DNA from: Candidatus Fervidifonticultor secundus
GTDB taxonomy: Bacteria; Sysuimicrobiota; Sysuimicrobiia; Sysuimicrobiales; Humicultoraceae
Direction: 5' to 3'
Length of the DNA stretch: 64,000 bases
Assembly (NCBI GenBank): GCA_031459385.1
Contig: JAVKIP010000008.1
Span: 32,001 to 96,000 of the forward strand
Of the stretch, positions 25,676 through 36,071 are shown one piece after another. The position numbers were made by a program, and so were the translations under genes. Position 1 is the stretch's first letter; each line of letters begins with the position of its first letter. The notes under the pieces were generated by a model. That model worked only from the letters and a program-made list of their open reading frames with translations. It was not told the DNA's origin and searched no databases.

Positions 25676-26443
25676 CTACCGGTGTTGCCAGGCAGGGGCC
25701 CGACGCTCGAGGAACGCGGCCAGCCCCTCGTGCGCGTCAGCGGTGGCCATGAGGTCGGCCAGGTAGATCCGTTCGGCCTGCGTCAGGGCGTCGTCAAACC
25801 ACCGGCGGAAGCCGGCCAGCGCCGCCCGCTTGGTCAGCCGCAACACCGCGGCGCTGGTCCCCGCCAGCTGCTGGGCGACGCGTTCTACCGCCGCGTCCAG
25901 TTCAGCGGGTGGGACCACCGTCGTGACCAGTCCCAGCTCACGTGCGCGAGCGGCCGGCAGCGGTTCGCCCAGCAGCAGCGGCGCGAGCCCCGCTTTGCCC
26001 AGCAGGAAGGGGAAGGCGGCGGCTGCCGCCGGCGGGAACACGCCGACGCGGATCTCGGGCTGCCCGAACGTGGCCCCCTCAGCCGCCACGACGATGTCGC
26101 ACAGCGCCACCAGTTCGCACCCGCCTCCCAGCGCCGGCCCGCCCACTGCGGCCACGGTCGGCACGTCGGTCGACACCAGCGTGCGGCACAGGCTGTGGAA
26201 GGCGGCGAGCATCTGGCCGGCCGTCTCGCCGGTATGTTCGCCAACGTCCACGCCGGCGGAAAACGCGCGGCCCCGGGCGGACAGCACGATCGCCCGCGTG
26301 GTTGGCGCGGCTTCGGCGCGGCGGATGGCGTCCTCCAGCTCGCCCATCACGGCCATGGTCAGGATGTTCAGTGGCGGACGGTCGAGGACGATCCGCGCGA
26401 TGCCATGGTCGATCGCCAGCCGCACGAACGCTGCCTCGGGCAC
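25676..26443 (-). CDS. dch: Cyclohexa-1,5-diene-1-carbonyl-CoA hydratase-like crotonase
   Basis: Motifs RPPLNIL, FSAGVDVGEH, GGGCEL and GQPEIRVGVFPP, and C-terminal YLADLMATADAHEG. Same island as bcr. Confidence 0.75.
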   Translation of the reverse strand: MPEAAFVRLAIDHGIARIVLDRPPLNILTMAVMGELEDAIRRAEAAPTTRAIVLSARGRAFSAGVDVGEHTGETAGQMLAAFHSLCRTLVSTDVPTVAAVGGPALGGGCELVALCDIVVAAEGATFGQPEIRVGVFPPAAAAAFPFLLGKAGLAPLLLGEPLPAARARELGLVTTVVPPAELDAAVERVAQQLAGTSAAVLRLTKRAALAGFRRWFDDALTQAERIYLADLMATADAHEGLAAFLERRAPAWQHR

Positions 26444-26686
26444 GACCAGCCCCCCGGGCCGATTGCACAGCCCACCCCCCGCCGACCGCACGCCCTCGCG
26501 GCCGATGGGGGTCAAGTGCGACAACTGTAAGACACCGGCTGCCGCCCGGCTATCGGGCGCTGGCCCGATTTTGCGCCGCTGCCACACCACCGCGCCCGGG
26601 CCGCTGCTACCGGCTCGGGGCAGGAGGCGCCGGGCAGAGGCGGCGGGGCAGGACGGGGCTGGAGGCGCGTGGCCGTGGACTGCCGG

Positions 26687-27640
26687 CTACGGCAGCTGGA
26701 GCCGGGTGATCCGCCGTGCCAGGGGGACCAGCCCCTCGCGGAAGACGAGGAACAGGACCACCAGCAGCACGCCGTATGCCAGCACCGTCGCCTGGCCGAA
26801 CGGCCGCACCAGCTCGTCCACCAGGGCGAACAGTGCGCCGCCGACGACAGGCCCGAGCAGCGTGCGCATCCCACCCAACAGCAGGGCGATCAACACGACG
26901 ATGTCGACGTGGGCCAGGGCGAAGACCGACGGGCTGATGAAGCCGTTGAAGTCGGCGTACAGGGCGCCCGTGAGTCCGATGAGCCCCGAGCCCACCGCGG
27001 CAGCCAGCACCTTGTACCGCGTGACGTCGATCCCGGCCAGCTCCGCGGTCAGCTCGTCCTCGCTCAACGCGCCGAACGCCAGACCCGGCCGGCCCGCCAT
27101 GAGCCACTGGTAGAGGCCCAGCGCCGCCAGCAGCAGGGCGAGGAAGACGTAGTAGGTGGCAATGGCGCCCCCGCCGAGGCCGATGCCCAGGCCCTGGGTC
27201 ACGATGCCGGTCTCGCCGTTCGTGTACCGGCGCAGCCCCAGCAGGAGGTTCTGGAAGATCAACGAGACCACCAGGGTCACGATGCCCACGAAGATCACCC
27301 CGAGCCCCCGGCGGGCCGCCACGTAGCTGAGGCACGCGCCCAGCGCGATCGCGGACAGGGTCCCCAGGCCCATGGCTACTGTCGGTGCAAGCTTCAGGTC
27401 GCGCGTCAGGATCACCGCGAGATAGGCGGACGATCCGGCCAGGGCGCCCACGCAGAGAAAGAGCTGCCGGGTATGGCCAAAGACGATGTTGAACGCCACG
27501 GTGTACGTGGTCTGAATGAGCATGAGCGTGGTGATGCGCAGCGAGTAGATGCCGGTCCCGGTGGCCCACGGGAGCGCGGCCAGGACACATCCGGCGGCTA
27601 GGACCGGTACCATCCGCGCGGGATGCGGCCGCCCCATCAT
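26687..27640 (-). CDS. Liv-type ABC transporter permease (LivM-like)
   Basis: Hydrophobic, with TNGETGI, DELTAELAGIDV and GGMRTLLGPVVG. Confidence 0.9.
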   Translation of the reverse strand: MMGRPHPARMVPVLAAGCVLAALPWATGTGIYSLRITTLMLIQTTYTVAFNIVFGHTRQLFLCVGALAGSSAYLAVILTRDLKLAPTVAMGLGTLSAIALGACLSYVAARRGLGVIFVGIVTLVVSLIFQNLLLGLRRYTNGETGIVTQGLGIGLGGGAIATYYVFLALLLAALGLYQWLMAGRPGLAFGALSEDELTAELAGIDVTRYKVLAAAVGSGLIGLTGALYADFNGFISPSVFALAHVDIVVLIALLLGGMRTLLGPVVGGALFALVDELVRPFGQATVLAYGVLLVVLFLVFREGLVPLARRITRLQLP

Positions 27641-28494
27641 GTCCAGTAGGCCAGCAGGCCCTCGGGGCGCACCAGCAGGGTGAGCAGCGCCGCCAGCAGG
27701 AGCAGGATCCAGGTCAGGTAGGTCCCCACGTAGTAGCTCGAGATGGCGTTCACCAGGCCCAGCAGCAGGCCCGCGGCCGCCGTACCGGTCAGGCTGCGCA
27801 CGCCGCCCACGACGGCCACGATCAGGGCCAGCACCGTGAACTCGGGGCCCATCTCGGGTCCGACGTTCGAGAAGAACGCCTGGGCCAGCCCGGCCAGCCC
27901 GGCCAGGAGTCCGCTCAACCCGACGATCAGCGTGCGAGTCCGGGCCACGTCGATGCCGCACAGGGCAGCGCCGGTCTCGTTCTGGATGATGGACCGCACC
28001 GCTTTCCCCAACAGCGTCCACCGCAGGAACAGGGCCAGCAGCACGAATGCCGCCAGCGCCATGCCCGAGGCCGCCAGGCTGGCGCTGCGCACCACCAGCC
28101 CACCGACGACCACGGCGGCAGTGGGCAGGCGCAGGGTCAGCGCCACGGCGGGGTAGCGGTAGGCCAAAAACCCGTCCACGGCGAACGCGAGCCCCAGCGT
28201 CAGGATCAACGCCAGCAGGAGCCGCTCCTCGCCCCGGCGGCGATACGCCGGCAGCATCAGGGTGCGGTCCATCAGCACGCCGGCACATCCCGCGCCCAGC
28301 GCGCCGATGGCGGCGGCCGCACCGGGGTGGAGCCCGGCGCCGATCAGCAGCGCGGCCGCCACGCCGGCGATGACCGCCAGCTGGCCGTGGGCCAGGTTCA
28401 GCACGCCGCCCAGGCCGTAGACCATCGTGATGCCGACCCCGAGCAGAGCCAGCTGCAGACCCTGCACCAGCCCGTCCAGCACGACGGCGACCAT
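27637..28494 (-). CDS. Liv-type ABC transporter permease (LivH-like)
   Basis: Motifs VLNLAHG, LGKAVRS and VVGGVRSL. Confidence 0.9.
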   Translation of the reverse strand: MVAVVLDGLVQGLQLALLGVGITMVYGLGGVLNLAHGQLAVIAGVAAALLIGAGLHPGAAAAIGALGAGCAGVLMDRTLMLPAYRRRGEERLLLALILTLGLAFAVDGFLAYRYPAVALTLRLPTAAVVVGGLVVRSASLAASGMALAAFVLLALFLRWTLLGKAVRSIIQNETGAALCGIDVARTRTLIVGLSGLLAGLAGLAQAFFSNVGPEMGPEFTVLALIVAVVGGVRSLTGTAAAGLLLGLVNAISSYYVGTYLTWILLLLAALLTLLVRPEGLLAYWT

Positions 28495-28526
28495 CGCGCG
28501 CGATCAGCCTCCGGCGCGCATCCCGG

Positions 28527-29228
28527 TCAGGCGATGCCCAGGTACGCGCGCTTCAGCGTGGGGTTGCCCAGGAGATCCTCGGGGGAGCCCGATAGCACCA
28601 CGCGTCCGTTCTCCAGGACGTACAGCCGGCGGCAGAACATGAGCGCCATCGGCACCTGCTGCTCGGCCAGGAGGATCGTGAGGCCCGCGTCACGCAGGCG
28701 GTCGAGCTGCCGGTACAGTTCCGCCACCAGGCGCGGCGCCAGCCCCGTGGAGGGCTCGTCCAGCAGCAGCAGCCTGGGCCGCAGCATCACCCCCCGGGCG
28801 ATGGCCAGCATCTGCTGCTCCCCGCCGCTGAGCGTTCCGGCGCGCTGGTGCCGGCGCTCTGCCAGCCGCGGGAACAGCGCGAAGACCGACTCGAGCCGCG
28901 CGCGCGAGCCGTCAGGGTGGGGGTAAGCCCCCAGCTGCAGGTTCTCCAGCACCGTCATCTGGGGGAACAACTCACGCTCGGCGGGGATGTACACGACGCC
29001 GAGCCGGGCCACCTGGTGCGCCGGCAGGGCATCCAGCCGCCGGCCCTCCCACGTCACCGCGCCGCTGCGCGGCTGCAGCAGGCCGGCGATGGTCTTGAAG
29101 AGCGTGGTCTTGCCCGCGCCGTTGGGCCCGATGACCCCCACCGCCTCGCCCGGCCGGACTTCCAGGCTCACCTCGCGCAGCACCGGCACGTCGTCGTACG
29201 CCGCCGCCACCCGCTCGAGCGTCAGCAT
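28527..29228 (-). CDS. Liv-type ABC ATPase (LivF-like)
   Basis: Motifs GPNGAGKT, LSGGEQQM, LDEPS and AEQ. Confidence 0.95.
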   Translation of the reverse strand: MLTLERVAAAYDDVPVLREVSLEVRPGEAVGVIGPNGAGKTTLFKTIAGLLQPRSGAVTWEGRRLDALPAHQVARLGVVYIPAERELFPQMTVLENLQLGAYPHPDGSRARLESVFALFPRLAERRHQRAGTLSGGEQQMLAIARGVMLRPRLLLLDEPSTGLAPRLVAELYRQLDRLRDAGLTILLAEQQVPMALMFCRRLYVLENGRVVLSGSPEDLLGNPTLKRAYLGIA

Positions 29229-29232
29229 GCCC

Positions 29233-30009
29233 TCACGCGCGCGTGGTCAGCACCTGCGCGGGATCCGCGACGCCCAGATAGGCCTCCACCACCGCGGGGT
29301 CGCTGGCCACCTCTTCGGGGGGGCCTGCGGCGATCAGCCGCCCGTGGTCCAGCACGAGCACCCGCTCGGCGGTGCGCATGATGGCATGCATGACGTGCTC
29401 CACCCAGACGATCGCCACCTGCCGCTCGTCCCGCACGCGGCGGAGCAGCTGCACGCAGCCATCCACCTCCACGGGGTTGAGACCGCTCATGACCTCATCG
29501 ACCAGGACCAGCGCCGGATGGGCGGCCAGGGCGCGCGCGAAGTCCACCAGTTTCTTCTCCTGCAGCGTGAGCGTAGCCACCGGCTGGTCCCGCCGGGCCT
29601 CGAGCCCGACCAACGCCAGCGTGGCCTCGGCCTGACGGCGGGCCGCTGCCACGGTCTGCCGCGAGGCGCCGTCGCCGAAGGCGGCCCCGACGGTCACGTT
29701 GTCCAGCACCGTCATGTGGGGGAACAGGCGCGGGATCTGGAGGACGCGCCCCACGCCCAGGCGCGCGACCGCGTGGGGCGCCAGGCCCGTGATGGGACGG
29801 CCGCGCAGCCGGACCGTGCCCGTGTCGGGGCGCAGCACGCCGCTGATCAGGTTGAGCACCGTGGTCTTGCCGGCGCCGTTGGGACCGATCAGCCCCACGA
29901 TGCTCCCTGGCGAGACGGAAAAGCTCACGTCGTGCACGGCCACCATGCCCCCGAACGTCTTGGTGAGCCGGTGGCACTCCAGGAGCGCTCCGTCACTCGG
30001 GCGGGACAT
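29233..30009 (-). CDS. Liv-type ABC ATPase (LivG-like)
   Basis: Motifs GPNGAGKT, VDEVMSGL, VEH and VVEAYLG. Confidence 0.95.
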   Translation of the reverse strand: MSRPSDGALLECHRLTKTFGGMVAVHDVSFSVSPGSIVGLIGPNGAGKTTVLNLISGVLRPDTGTVRLRGRPITGLAPHAVARLGVGRVLQIPRLFPHMTVLDNVTVGAAFGDGASRQTVAAARRQAEATLALVGLEARRDQPVATLTLQEKKLVDFARALAAHPALVLVDEVMSGLNPVEVDGCVQLLRRVRDERQVAIVWVEHVMHAIMRTAERVLVLDHGRLIAAGPPEEVASDPAVVEAYLGVADPAQVLTTRA

Positions 30010-31192
30010 ACACCTCGACGGTCGAGCGGAAGAGCCACTTCTGGTACCAGCCCGCGCCCGGGTTGACGCCGCCCGGCGACTCGCCCGTCTCGATGGCGAA
30101 GATGATCGGCCGCGCCTCCTTCATCTCGCCCCATTCGGTGTACGAGAGGGGCCAGCCGTAGCCCGGCTGGTTGAACCGTCCCTTGCGGATCGCCTCCGCC
30201 AGCACCCGCGGGTCGACGCTGTTGGTCCGCTTCGCGGCGTCTGCCACGAGCTTGACGATCACGTAGCCGGAGAACGCGCTGTTGTCGAAGTAGCGCTTGT
30301 AGTCGGCATAGTACCTGGCCGCCAGCCGTCGGTACGTCGGGTTCTGGAAGTCCACGCAGGAGTAATCCAGGAACCGGCCGTGCACCGCGTCGCCGGCCCG
30401 CTGCACCATCAACTCAGGGGGGAGCACCGAGCCGATCACCGGCGCGGCCAGGCCCAGCTCCCTGGACTGGCGGACGATGGTCGGGTTCCCCGGCGGATGG
30501 CCCGCGGCGACCAGCAGTTGCGGGTCGAGCCGCTGGAGCCGGCGCAGGTAGGGCGTGAAGTCGGGCGTGACCACGGGCGCCACTTCCACCTGCGTGCGGA
30601 CGCCCGGCAGCGGCGTGACGTAGCGCTCGAAGGCTTCCCGGATGGAATGTCCCCAGGCGTAGTCGGCCACGATGGCCGCGACGCGCGCGTAGTTCCCCTG
30701 GCGCACCATGGCGGCGATCGCCTGGACGTACATGGGCGCGGCCACCAGGCACGTCCGGAACGTGTACCGCGTGCTGCGGCGCAGGATCTCGTGCGAGCCG
30801 GCCATGGTGAGGAACAGCGGGACCCGCAGCGTCTCCGCCTCGCGCGACGCCGCCAGGGCCACGTCGCTGGAGATCACGGCGCCGGCGGCCACGATGCCCT
30901 CGCGCTCCACCAGGAAGCGGAACGCCGTAATGGCCTCCGCCGGGCTGTTGCGGTCGTCGCGCTCTACGAGCTCCAGCGGCCGCCCGAGCACCCCGCCCGC
31001 CGCGTTCACCTCCGCGACGGCCATCTTCATGCCGTCCCGCGCGTTCACGCCCCAGAAGGCGAAGGGGCCGCTGAGGGAACTGAGAAAGGCGATCTTCACC
31101 GGTCGTGGTTGCGCCGCGGCTGGCCCGAAGGCCAGGGCCAGCAGCGTCAGCATCGTCGCGCCTGCGAGTCCCGCACGCATGGCTGTCGTCAC
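29993..31192 (-). CDS. Liv-type ABC substrate-binding protein
   Basis: Signal peptide, plus SLSGPFA and EVNAAGGVLGRPLELVERDD. Confidence 0.9.
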   Translation of the reverse strand: MTTAMRAGLAGATMLTLLALAFGPAAAQPRPVKIAFLSSLSGPFAFWGVNARDGMKMAVAEVNAAGGVLGRPLELVERDDRNSPAEAITAFRFLVEREGIVAAGAVISSDVALAASREAETLRVPLFLTMAGSHEILRRSTRYTFRTCLVAAPMYVQAIAAMVRQGNYARVAAIVADYAWGHSIREAFERYVTPLPGVRTQVEVAPVVTPDFTPYLRRLQRLDPQLLVAAGHPPGNPTIVRQSRELGLAAPVIGSVLPPELMVQRAGDAVHGRFLDYSCVDFQNPTYRRLAARYYADYKRYFDNSAFSGYVIVKLVADAAKRTNSVDPRVLAEAIRKGRFNQPGYGWPLSYTEWGEMKEARPIIFAIETGESPGGVNPGAGWYQKWLFRSTVEVYVPPE

Positions 31193-31384
31193 CTCGCTCC
31201 TCCCGGTCTTGGCGGTCTTTGGGACACAGGCCCGCGCTCTGTAACCTCACCATACCAAGCGCGCACGTATTGCGACAACCGTAACGCCGCCACACGGCGC
31301 CGGGTATCGGGCGGCGGCCCGATTTCTCCCGGGCGGGCCCGCCGCGCCGAGGAGGAGGCGGCCGGGTCAGAGAACCACCGTTCC

Positions 31385-31669
31385 GTGACCGCGTCGAGGG
31401 TCGCGCCGGCCATCCGGCGCTGGATTCTTGGCGACGCCTTCGCCAGACGCCTGCGCATGCAGGTGCTGGCCCTGCGCCCGGGGCGCAGCCGCGTCCGCCT
31501 GCGCGTCGAGCCGTGGATGGTGAACGTCCACGGTCTCACGGTCGCCGAGGCCCGGGAGGCACGTCTGGGACGCCGGACGGCGTTCTACGCCATGACCGTG
31601 AGGACGCGGGTCGGCACGACGGTCGCCACGTGCCAGGGCGTCGTGCACCGCCGGCTCCAGGAGGGATGA
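31385..31669 (+). pseudogene. paaI: PaaI-like hotdog thioesterase with an in-frame internal deletion of the catalytic helix
   Basis: DAFARRLRMQV...MVNVHGLT runs directly into VAEARE...GRRTAFY. The HGG...AD helix is missing and the product is only 94 aa. Coupled to paaK by an ATGA overlap. Confidence 0.7.
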
Positions 31670-33000
31670 GCGTGATCTGGAATCGCACGATGGAGACCAT
31701 GTCGCGCGCCGATCTCGAGCGGCTGCAGCTCGACCGGCTGCGCCAGGTGGCGACGCGCGTCTACGACCGCGTGCCTCTCTACCGGCAGCGCTTCGACGAG
31801 GCCCGCATTCGGCCCGACCAGATCCGGACGCTCGCCGACCTGCGGCGCCTGCCGTTTACCCGCAAGGCCGACTTCCGCGACCACTACCCGTTCGGCCTGC
31901 TGGCCGTGCCGCTAAGGGACTGTGTGCGCATTCACGCCTCGTCGGGCACCACCGGCAAGCCCACGGTTGTGGCCTACACGCGCGCCGACCTGGCGATCTG
32001 GGCCGACGTCTGCGCACGCTCCCTGGCCGCCTCGGGCGCGCAGCCCGGCGACGTCTTCCAGAACGCCTACGGCTACGGCCTGTTCACCGGCGGGCTGGGG
32101 ATGCACTACGGGGCGGAGCTGCTGGGGCTGACGGTCATCCCCGCCTCGGGCGGCAACACCGAGCGGCAGCTGCTGCTGCTCCAGGACTTCGGCGCCAGGA
32201 TCATCGCCTGCACCCCGACCTACGCCCTGGTGCTGGCCGAGGCCTGCCGTGAGCGCGGCATCGCGCCCGGCAGCCTGCCGCTGCGCTTCGGGGTGCTGGG
32301 CGCCGAGCCATGGACCGAGGCGATGCGGGACGAGATCGAGCGCGGGCTGGGCATCAAGGCCGTGAACATCTACGGGCTCAGCGAGATCATCGGCCCCGGC
32401 GTCTCCAACGAATGCGTCGAGGCCCAGGCGGGCGCCCACATCTTCGAGGACCACTTCCTGCCCGAGGTCGTGGACCCGCAGACCGGCGAACCCCTTCCCG
32501 CGGGCCAACCCGGTGAGCTGGTGTTCACCACGTTGACCAAGGAAGCGATGCCGATGATCCGCTACCGCACCGGAGACATCGCGGCGCTGCTGCCCGAGCC
32601 GTGCGTCTGCGGCCGCACCCACGTGCGCATGAGCCGGGTCATCGGGCGCACCGACGACATGCTGATCATCCGCGGCATCAACGTCTACCCGTCACAGGTC
32701 GAGGCGGCGCTGGGCGGCCTGCCGGAGCTGACTCCGCACATCCAGCTGGTGGTGACGCGCGAGCGCGCGCTGGACGACCTGGAGGTCAAGGTGGAGGTGC
32801 GCGAGGCGTTCGCCGCGCAGCTGGGGGGCGGCCTGCCCGACGGCGCGCCGGCGGTCGAGGAGCTCCGGGCGCGTTGCGAGCAGAAGCTGCACGGCGTCCT
32901 GGGCATCCACGCCAGGGTCACGCTGGCGGCGCCCGGCGCGCTGCCGCGCAGCGAGGGCGGCAAGCTGCGGCGCGTCGACGACCGGCGGCCGCGGGCGTAG
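31666..33000 (+). CDS. paaK: Phenylacetate-CoA ligase (copy 2)
   Basis: Motifs HASSGTTGKP, YGYGLFTGGLG, YGLSEIIGPGV, RYRTGD and DDMLIIRGINVYP. Confidence 0.95.
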   Translation: MSVIWNRTMETMSRADLERLQLDRLRQVATRVYDRVPLYRQRFDEARIRPDQIRTLADLRRLPFTRKADFRDHYPFGLLAVPLRDCVRIHASSGTTGKPTVVAYTRADLAIWADVCARSLAASGAQPGDVFQNAYGYGLFTGGLGMHYGAELLGLTVIPASGGNTERQLLLLQDFGARIIACTPTYALVLAEACRERGIAPGSLPLRFGVLGAEPWTEAMRDEIERGLGIKAVNIYGLSEIIGPGVSNECVEAQAGAHIFEDHFLPEVVDPQTGEPLPAGQPGELVFTTLTKEAMPMIRYRTGDIAALLPEPCVCGRTHVRMSRVIGRTDDMLIIRGINVYPSQVEAALGGLPELTPHIQLVVTRERALDDLEVKVEVREAFAAQLGGGLPDGAPAVEELRARCEQKLHGVLGIHARVTLAAPGALPRSEGGKLRRVDDRRPRA

Positions 33001-33404
33001 TGCGCGAGGGCTTGGCGCCAGGCGCGGAGGCCGAAGTGACCGTGACGGTCACCGAGGCGATGCTGGCGTGGTTCGAGGAGCTCGGCCTGGTCCACCCGGT
33101 CTACTCGACGTGGACGATGGTGCGGCACATGGAGCTGGCCTCGCGGAAGGTCATCCTGCCCTTCCTCGAGCCGGACGAGGAGGCGGTGGGCTACAGCGTG
33201 AGCGCCACCCACCTGGCACCCACGCCGGCCGGGGCCCGCGTCACCGCCCGGGCCCGTCTGGTCCGGCTCGACGGCAACCAGGTGGTGTGCGCGGTCGTGG
33301 TCCGGCGGGGCGACGTGACGATTGGCGAGGGGACCACGGTGCAGGTCGTGCTGCCGGCGCAGGCCCTGCGCGCCCGGTTCGAGGCGATCGGTGCCCGGCC
33401 TCCC

Positions 33405-33413
<9 letters not shown>
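33000..33413 (+). CDS. FlK (fluoroacetyl-CoA thioesterase)-like hotdog thioesterase
   Basis: VHPVYSTWTMVRHMELAS...HLAPTP carries the Thr/Glu/His pattern. 137 aa. Confidence 0.8.
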
Positions 33414-34134
<721 letters not shown>

Positions 34135-34145
<11 letters not shown>

Positions 34146-34977
34146 GCACGACCTCCCCGGCGCCCGGCCCCATGTCGGCTGGCTCGACGTCGCCGAGATA
34201 GGCTGCGATCACCCGCGGATCGGCCTGCACTGCGGCGGGCGGGCCGTCGGCGATGAGCGCGCCCTGATCCAGGACGGCCACCTCGTCGGCCAGGCCCATG
34301 ACCAGGTCCATGTCGTGCTCGACCAGGAAGATCGTGACCCCGTCGTCGCGGACGGTGCGGATCAGCCTGCTGATCTGCGCCTTCTCCGTCGGCGTGAGTC
34401 CCGCGGCGGGCTCGTCGAGCAGCAGCAGGTGGGGCGCGGTGGCCAGCGCCCGGGCCAGCTCCACCACCCGCTGCAGTCCGAAGGGCAGGCTGTCGGCCGG
34501 CACGTGGGCCCACCGGGCGAGGGCGACGCGCTCCAGCAGCCGGTGCGCGCGCTCGCTCATGGCCGCCTCCTCCCGGCGCATGCGCCGCGACCGGATCACG
34601 GCGTCGGCCAGGCCGCTGGCCAGATGGCGGTGGCACCCGACCAGGACGTGCTCGAAGACGGTCATCCCCGGGAACAGCCGCACGTTCTGAAACGTGCGGG
34701 CGATGCCCAACGTGGCGATGCGATAGGGTGGCAGGCCGAAGAGCGGCTGGCCCAGGAAGGTGATGCGGCCGACCTGTGGGGCCAGCACCCCGGTGATGAG
34801 GTTGAACAGCGTGGTCTTGCCGGCGCCGTTGGGCCCGATCAGCGCCTTGATCTGCCCCGGCCGCACCGCCAGCGAGACGTCCCGCAGGGCATGCAGGCCA
34901 CCGAAGGTGTGGCTGACCCGGTCCACCGCCAGCAGGGGCCGGCCCTCCCCCGCTGCGGCTGCCGGAGGACCGCTCAC
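34135..34977 (-). CDS. Liv-type ABC ATPase (LivG-like)
   Basis: Motifs GPNGAGKT, ARTFQN, LDEPAAGL and VEHDM. Confidence 0.95.
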
Positions 34978-36071
34978 GTCGCCGCGCCCCCGGACTGCAC
35001 GGGCGGCCCCATCGCCGCTGCGGCGCCCGTGGGCGCCGGGCGGCGGCCGGCCAGTCCCGACGGCCAGAACAGCAGCACCGTCACCAGCAACAGGCCGAAG
35101 ACCACCGCCTCGATCTCCCCTGCCATCCCAGGAATGTACTGGCGGATGCGAGTGCGCAGTACCTCGCTCATCAGCAGCACGGCCGTCGCGCCGAGCGGCG
35201 CGCCCCAGATGCTGCTCATGCCACCCACGGCAGACATCACCACCAGTTCCAGCGACGGCACGAAGCCGAACGTGGCAGGAACCACGGCGGCCTGGAAGTG
35301 CGCGTACAGGCTTCCCGCCAGGGACGCCAGCGCGGCACTGAGGGCGAAGACCTGCGCCTTGTACCGGTGCGCGGCGATGCCCAGGCACTCTGCGGCGCCC
35401 TCGGCGCCGTGGATCGCGCGCAGCGCACGCCCGGCGCGCGAGTCGATGACGTTGAGGCCGACCGCGACGGCGCCCAGCGCGACTGCCCAGACCAGGAAGT
35501 AGTACCGCGATGCCGGCCACACCGGCCAGGGGCCGAGCCGCAGCCGCGGAATGCCGAAAACGCCGTCGAAACCACCGGTCAGGTTCAGCCGCGGCAGGCC
35601 CAGGTTCTCCCGCAGCACGATGTAGACGACGATGCCCAGGCCCAGCGTGGCCATGGCCAGGTAGTGGCCGCGCAGGCGCAGGATCACCAGGCCGATGGCG
35701 TAGGCGAAGCCGCCCACCAGCATCATGCCGGCGGCCATCAGCAGCCAGGGCCACCACCAGCTGGTGGCAATGACCGGCGCGATGCCGAGCGCCGGCGCGC
35801 GCACCGTCAGGATCGCCGAGAAGAAGGCCCCCATGCCGTAGAAGGCCGCCTGGCCCAGCGAGACCTGGCCGGCATACCCCATGAGCAGGTTCAGGCCGAC
35901 CAGGACGATGGTGAAGATCCCGGTGCGGATCAGCAGGTCGAGGTGCACCAGGCCGCCGGTCAGGCCGGGGAGCGACAGGCCCAGCGGACGCGCCGCGTCC
36001 AGCCAGCCCAACAGCGCCACCACCGCGGCGGCAGCCGCGAGCCCGGCGCCGCGGCCCGGCGGCAGCCTCAT
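34974..36071 (-). CDS. Liv-type ABC permease (LivM-like)
   Basis: Motifs GLNLLMGYAGQVSLGQAAF, LRLRGHYLAMATLG and TGGFDG. Confidence 0.9.
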   Translation of the reverse strand: MRLPPGRGAGLAAAAAVVALLGWLDAARPLGLSLPGLTGGLVHLDLLIRTGIFTIVLVGLNLLMGYAGQVSLGQAAFYGMGAFFSAILTVRAPALGIAPVIATSWWWPWLLMAAGMMLVGGFAYAIGLVILRLRGHYLAMATLGLGIVVYIVLRENLGLPRLNLTGGFDGVFGIPRLRLGPWPVWPASRYYFLVWAVALGAVAVGLNVIDSRAGRALRAIHGAEGAAECLGIAAHRYKAQVFALSAALASLAGSLYAHFQAAVVPATFGFVPSLELVVMSAVGGMSSIWGAPLGATAVLLMSEVLRTRIRQYIPGMAGEIEAVVFGLLLVTVLLFWPSGLAGRRPAPTGAAAAMGPPVQSGGAAT

